A DNA stretch of 64,000 nucleotides from Pirellulaceae bacterium (lineage in GTDB: Bacteria > Planctomycetota > Planctomycetia > Pirellulales > Pirellulaceae), in contig CAVQPV010000035.1 in NCBI GenBank assembly GCA_963714715.1, positions 11,407 to 75,406 on the forward strand, written 5' to 3'. Positions 57,980-64,000 of the stretch are shown one piece after another. Position 1 is the stretch's first letter. Every line of letters begins with the position of its first letter. Made by a program: the position numbers and the translations under genes. Below the pieces are notes generated by a model. The model was not told the DNA's origin, searched no databases, and saw only the letters and a list, made by a program, of their open reading frames with translations.

Positions 57980-60900
57980 TCAAAGACACTGATTTTGGCT
58001 TTGGCCGTCGCTTGGATCGTTGACACAGCGGATAGCTTCTGCGATCAGGGTGTCGCCCACGGCCGTCGCAGTCGAAGCGAACACGCCACCGGCAACGGCA
58101 ACAAAGCTGTTGGCCGATTCGCCTTCGGCGGCCAACTCGAACTCGCCCACGTCGGACAGCCGATTCAGTTCGTTGATGACCAATAGAGCATCCAAGGAGG
58201 TCACCAAGCCATTGCCGTCGACGTCTGGGAAGGTTGGTAAATCGTCCGGCAGCGGCGGATCGCTCAAATCGATCGCTGAGGTTCCGGCCCGCATCAAAGC
58301 ATTGATGATCTGCAAAGCATCGAGTGGAGTCACTGCACCGCTGAGGTTGACATCATGCTGCAGCGACGGATTTTGGAACGGATTGTTGGAGACCAACAGG
58401 CGATAATCTTCGACTTCGCCGCTGGTCGCGTCGCCGACGGGACCGGTGGTCGGTTCTTCGCTCAAGCGGAATCGAGCATAGATTTCCCCAAGCTGAGCAA
58501 AGGCGGGAACAGCCACCGAGATCGTGTTGGTACCCACGCCCAGCACGGAGCGGCCGGTGCCGACCGAGCCAAATCGCAAGGCTTCGTTGCTCTCGAATTG
58601 CCCATCGCCGTCCCAGTCGAACCAGGCATCGACGTAGAACGTGCGATCGTTGTCGTTGTTGATGTTGATTTGGAGGTTGGACGAGAAACCGGCTTGCAGG
58701 ATCGGTCGGGATCGTCACTCCGTCGTCATCATCCGCATTGGGCATCTTGCCGTCGGAGTCGGCCGAAACCATCGGTCCCAACGAGAAGGTTGGATCGACG
58801 GCATGTCGAGGTCCGCCTTCGACGTCCAGTGATAGGTACGGTGCGGCGCGTCACCGTAGTCGAATCCGCTGCCGATAAAGATCGTCAGCTCGGTTCTACC
58901 GTTCGCTTGATTGCTTTGTAGTTGGTTGCCAACTTCGTCTTGAATGGTGATCAAGTCAACGGCGCCCGTGCCGTTGACACCGCCGGTGCCTTCGATCAGA
59001 ACGCGAACATCAACGATCGAAGTGCTGATGTTGTCCAAGCCTTGGGCATCGATCACCGCCTGAATTGTCTGCGCGATTTCGTTGGCAGGTTGATCAACGG
59101 CCACGACGATCGGAATCGTAGGCACCTCGCCCGGCGACGCCGAGTTGTAGCAGCGTCGAATTGGTGAGGTCGACGGAGTAGTTCGATGTCGCCTCCCAGG
59201 AACACGCGGCCAAAGCCGGCGTTTTCAGGGCTCAGTCCCAAACCGGCGCCGCCAACGGCACGGACAATGGCATCGGCGATCTGATCCAAACTCGGGTTGA
59301 GCGGAATCGCTACACCCGTCGCGTTCGGCGTATCGATCGAACCGTTATCATCCAGCTCGAAGACAACCTCCTGAATCGCACCACGGCGAACGATGAATGT
59401 TTGTCCGTCGGCAATCGTATCACTTGGAGCGGCACCAACAGCTGGGAATCTGAATTCCAAATCCGATCGAGGTGCCAATGCTGCCAGTGATCGACACAAA
59501 CAAGCTGTTGGAGACGGCAGTCGAGAGTGGCGTACCGCCGAGCAGTTGGACGACGCTGCCGGACAACTGAGCGGTGAACGACAGTGCTGGCGACGCGTTG
59601 ATGGCGTTGGCAACGGCCGAGCCGCGACTTGATCCGAGGTCCCGGCGGCCGGAATAGCGATCGGAATTCTGTCCGTATCGAAGATTTGGTTGTTGTCCAA
59701 CTCGAAGTTCAGCAGATTCGTGCCGTCAAATACATCGAACGTCACACCGTCGGCGAATGCCCCCGTCAACGTTTGGCTCAAGGATATCGTGATTCCAGCC
59801 TCGTACTCAAAGCTGGTGATGCCGCCTTCCAGGTCCAGCACGTTGAGTCGATCTCCGTCGACGTAATTGACACCGTCCGTGGCCGCCACGATCGCATCGG
59901 AAGCGTCGATCATCCGCACCACATAGGTGGAGTCTTGCTCCCAGACACCGGCGATCGGCGTGATCCGAATGATGTTGGTGCTGGGGTTGTAGCCAAAGCG
60001 ATAGTCGATGCCTTCGACCAGGGCGACGTTGTCTTTGAGGACCAGCATGGCAAGACTGTTGACCGCTTCGATCATCCACGCCGGTTCCGGGAACCACATC
60101 GGCGGGCGGCAAGCCGTCGACCATTTGGATCTCGAATGCCTGCGGTGCGTCTCCAAAGACCGTCACCACGCCGGCGCCCGTTCCGATTTCGGGGGCCGAG
60201 GGTGTCAGCAGGAACACGCGCGGTCCAGCCAAATCGCCGCGATCCGAAGCTCCGCGGTCTTTAAAGACTCGTTCGCCAAGGCCGCTCGGCGTTTCCACGT
60301 TCGGATCGTCGACGCGGAGTTGCCCGTTGACGTCGAATCGTGGAGCCAAGATCGGAGATGGCGGAATACCAAGCGGATTGCGAACCGTTGTCAAACTCGC
60401 CCGGTCTTCCAGCGAATCGATCGAACTATCGATGATGCTGGAACCGGCTGCCTGGGGCGAAGATCAGGTCGGTCGCACCGACGAAGACGACTTCCGCATC
60501 CGTCAGCAGTTGGGGGAATTCACCCAAGCTGACGCCTTGCGGCACGTTGTTGACATTTCGGAAGAACGAATTGCCACCGAGCACAATACCGCTGTTGGTT
60601 GGATCGACCAGCAACGCGTCATCTGAGTTGGCGATCACGTTGTTCAGCAGGGCTGGGGCCGCATTGCCAACGATATTGATGCCGGTGCCTTGCGGCGAGA
60701 AGAGTTCGACCGGCACGGTGCTGATCGCGCCGACCGCGTCGATATCGGCTCCCAGCGATGTGACGTCCGGTGTCGCCCTGGAACAGGTCGGTCAGCCGGA
60801 CGAACGCGAAGCGATCTTGCGTGCCGAAACCGGCGGCGTCGATGTCAATACCGTTGGACAAGCCACCGATGATGCCGACGTCAAAGAAGTCGATGCCGTC

Positions 60901-63900
60901 ACGGCTAATCTCAACTCGAACCGATTCCACCTCGCCGGTCTCGAAGACAACCAAATCAACCTGCGAGGTTCCACTGCCGGTCAGCAGATTGTTGGTGAAC
61001 TGCAAGGTGATCGAGCCGCCTCGTCCTAGCGATACCGCGGTCGTGCCATCGACCGGTTCGGTACCGCGACCGCCGTTATCGGGAGCACCCAAGGCGCTGT
61101 TGGGCGTTTGATGGATCGCGGTTGGCGGGCCGCCACCGGCCGTCGGGTCGTAGTCGACCACCGCATCGGCAAAGGAAATGGCACCTGCCGGGAAGAGGAT
61201 GCCTTCAAAGATACCGGCGGGTGATTCGAGGCCCGGTCGAATGGTGCCGCCGATGATCGTGTTGTTGACGATTCGCTCAAACGGCACGGGATCGCTGTTG
61301 GACTCGATTGCCGCTCGGATCGATGCCGGTGATCTGCAAGCCGCCGGTGCCGTTAAAGGCAAACACGCTGCTTTGGACAACCACGCCAGGCTTCAAGCTT
61401 TCGCTGTTCAGTTCGACCAGGTTCCGCGGATATCGAACCGCCGATGGCACATCCGTTCCATCGATGTTGATCATGACGTCGTGCGAGATGTCGACGCCAT
61501 AGTCTTGGTTGATACAGGAAGCGGCTATTCTCGACCAGGATCACGCCTTGGCTATCGCGGTCGCGATTGGTATCGCCGCGGCGAATCCCCAAGTCGACCG
61601 ACTCCAACGCTCCGTTTTCGTCAATGACAACCACATCACCAAACAGGTTGATCGTCGGATCGGTAACCGCGTCGACGCCACCGCCCGGCAAGGCACGGAC
61701 ATTGATGACCGACTGAACATCGCTGCGGTTGATCGCGTCGATGATGCTAAAGGCAACTTCCGGTGCAGTTTCCGGGCGAACGGTGCCGGTGCCGGGAATC
61801 GGCAAGCCGGTCACCGGGTTGATGTCCTCGGTGCCGGGAACTTCATACTGTAGCGTGTACGGAATCTGCACGCGTCCGGGAGTCACGCCGGTGTTCGATT
61901 CAACCAAGTCGAATTCAAACTCGACCGTGGAACGCCCATCAAAGATCGAGAACGTTAATCCGTCTTGTAGTTGGAACGGCACCGCGGGCGACGATCGATC
62001 GCGCTTCGGTCAAGCGGTCATTGGTGTCAATGGTTTGGAACGGAGCAATCTCTGCTGAGGCAACGTATTCGGTTGCATCGCGAATCTCCGCCTGGTACGA
62101 GCCCGTCAGCAGGTTGCTCGTCGGGTCAGCTGGGACGGGGAAATTGGGGCTGCCATCGATCACGAACGGTGCACTCACGATGTTCGATCCGGTGGCGATC
62201 TCACCGCGTTCGGCGAACCCAATGATGAAGTCATCCAGGTAGACGCCTTCGTGAGCGTTGTCGACAGCCCCCGACGGTTGACCGCTCGGCAGTTGTCCGG
62301 TCGCGTACTGGTCGCCGTAGCGGTCGCCTTCACTGGCGAAGGGGCCAGGGTCATTGACCGTCAGACCCGGGAAGCGAATGATCGGGCCCGCGGTCGGGAT
62401 GTCATCCAGATCGCCGCCGGAAAACCGGCCGGCAACGGCCCTTTGAACTTGCTCGGCAACGTCATCGGCAGACATGAACCGACTGACATTGATAGACAAG
62501 CCGTCGTCCAATACTGCAGTTCCCGTTGTCGTGAACAGCTCCGTCGGGGACGTTGAAAGCGTTGATAGACCGTTGAACTCGATCAAGTTGTCGTCCGTCA
62601 AAATCGCCAACGGTCCATTGATGCTAATCGATGCCGTATACGAGTCGACTTGGCCATTGGACGTACTGCCCGCCAATCTTGGGTCGTACGTGTTGTTGCC
62701 CAATCCGCTAATCCCAATGAAGACGGTTCCGTCTACGTCAGGCGTGTACTGGATCGCTTCGGTAACGGTGTTGAATGTGCCAAAGACTTCGTCGCCATTG
62801 GCATCAAAGAAACGCACGACGGCGTCAAGTGCGGTGTTGAAATCCAGGTCCACATCGACACTGATGGTTGATCCAGCCAACACATCCAGTCGCATCAATT
62901 CCACATCGTCAATGTGCGAGACCGAGCCCAGCGCCGGATCGGTACCGAATCGACCGCTGCCTTGAATCGTCAAGTTTCCGCTGCGTGTACGGCAGCTGGG
63001 TAGCCTCGTAGATCAGGTCGTTTCGGCCGCTGCCAATCAACGGATCGTCTTCGGGGTCTGAGAAGTCAAATCCGGTAATCAACGTGTTCGACGGCGGGGA
63101 AACGCGAACGCCTTCAGCAACCGCTTCGGCGACTTCGGCGGCCGACAGATCGGCAAGCGTCGTGCCGGGTCCCGACAGGGCGAGTAGGTCGATCGAGATC
63201 TGTCCCGCGCCGACGGTGCGGGTGCCGTCATTCAAGACATATTGTTGGCCATCGATGGTCAGCACGGCGATCGCATTGGGGTCGCCATACAAGCTCGCCA
63301 GTTGGAGACCTGACGGTGTTGACACGGCGGGTGACAGGTCGATCACGAACGGTTCGTTGTTGATGACCAGTGTGTCACCTTCCGCCAACAACTCACCGGA
63401 GACAGCTCGAATGCCAGTCGACCCAGTGTCGGTGGTGCCCGCATGTGGAGAACTCAACTCGAATGTCAGGTTCTTCAAGCCGGCGAATTCATTCAGCGGA
63501 ATGCGTGCCTGTCGCCAACTACCGGTGTTGTCGAACAACTGCTGGACGTCGACATCGATGTCGTCCGTCATAAACACCAGACGGGAACGGGTCATCGAAT
63601 TCATCATCGACTACACGCAGGTCTTCATCGGGTCCGCCTTGTGGACCGCGAGCGGTGTTGTTGGATGAAACCAGATGTTCGACGCCCTGCTCGGTGACCA
63701 CGTAGAAACGCAGGCGATCGGCGCTGGCATCGTTCTCCAGGAAGTAATTGAAGTACAGCGTCGGCTGGTCGTCCGCCGAATAGCCCTCGAGGTCAAACTC
63801 GTTGCTTTCGAGAACGCCCTTGGCGCCGCCGGGGAAGTTGTAACGTCGAGTTGACCGGCGTTCCATCCCGCCGAGGTCTGCGGCGTCGAACCGGCGTTTC

Positions 63901-64000
63901 GGCACCACGATGCGTAGTTGCCGTTGTGAGCAAATGCCTTCGTAGTTGAACGCCAGGCTGTGTTCAAAACCTGACGTCGGTGGCGTAGTCAGGAACTGCA
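57980..64000 (-). pseudogene. Giant (>2000 aa) surface protein, 5'-partial at the window edge, with at least 10 frame breaks: beta-helix-like regions, pre-peptidase-C-terminal (PPC)-like domain, GEVED-type domain and C-terminal dockerin repeats
   Basis: A chain of overlapping minus-strand ORFs covers the region (63519..64000, 62909..63607, 61939..62973, 61353..61982, 60619..61380, 60426..60716, 59807..60394, 59053..60156, 58715..59125, 58353..58781, 57980..58579), each protein-like for only part of its length. The PPC-like piece is VDVDLDFNTALDAVVRFFDANGDEV...DVDGTVFIGISGLGNNTYDP. The GEVED-like piece is FDYGDAP...GEIYARFRLS...TSGEVEDYRL. The dockerin pairs are DVNLSGAVTPLDALQIINAL / DVDGNGLVTSLDALLVINEL. 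Confidence 0.75.

Overview
Moderately GC-rich bacterial chromosomal segment. Its gene content suggests a Pirellulaceae/Rhodopirellula-type planctomycete (inference from content, no search run): a DUF1549/DUF1553 + DUF1501 pair behind an ECF sigma/anti-sigma pair, a sulfatase, an ECF sigma + Ser/Thr kinase pair, and giant dockerin-bearing secreted proteins with arginine-rich 'LExRxLLA' N-termini. I can support about 45 protein genes and one tRNA-Phe(GAA). No rRNA, CRISPR array, transposase, integrase or recognisable defence system is visible. Recognisable housekeeping genes are dus, pdxH, priA, nadD, PduO-type adenosyltransferase, glnB-glnD, a ROK kinase, xylA, pyk, an NSS transporter, a NUDIX hydrolase and YqgE/AlgH. 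Three things stand out. (1) A ~14 kb co-directional cluster (4634-18575) is built around exbB-exbD-exbD. It has no recognisable TonB or TonB-dependent receptor. It carries two tandem paralogous membrane proteins with TonB-like architecture, a zinc-ribbon::ExbD fusion, a TM-anchored TPR/PQQ-propeller protein, an SBP-family-5-like protein and two unknowns. It is a candidate uncharacterised PMF-driven envelope machine. (2) Three consecutive giant surface proteins (50418-64000) all carry dockerin repeats. One contains six near-identical ~282-bp tandem repeats. (3) There are at least ~35 reading-frame breaks in at least 15 genes, including genes that are normally indispensable (pyk, nadD). They concentrate in hot spots at 13.3-14.2 kb, 44.1-46.6 kb and 58-64 kb. 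These are more likely assembly or sequencing indels than true pseudogenes, but that must be checked. Frame-broken genes are listed as 'pseudogene' strictly in the sense of 'not translatable in one frame as sequenced'. The ORF track uses GTG/TTG as starts, shown as M. Many long antisense or off-frame ORFs are GC-driven artefacts and are listed under rejected.
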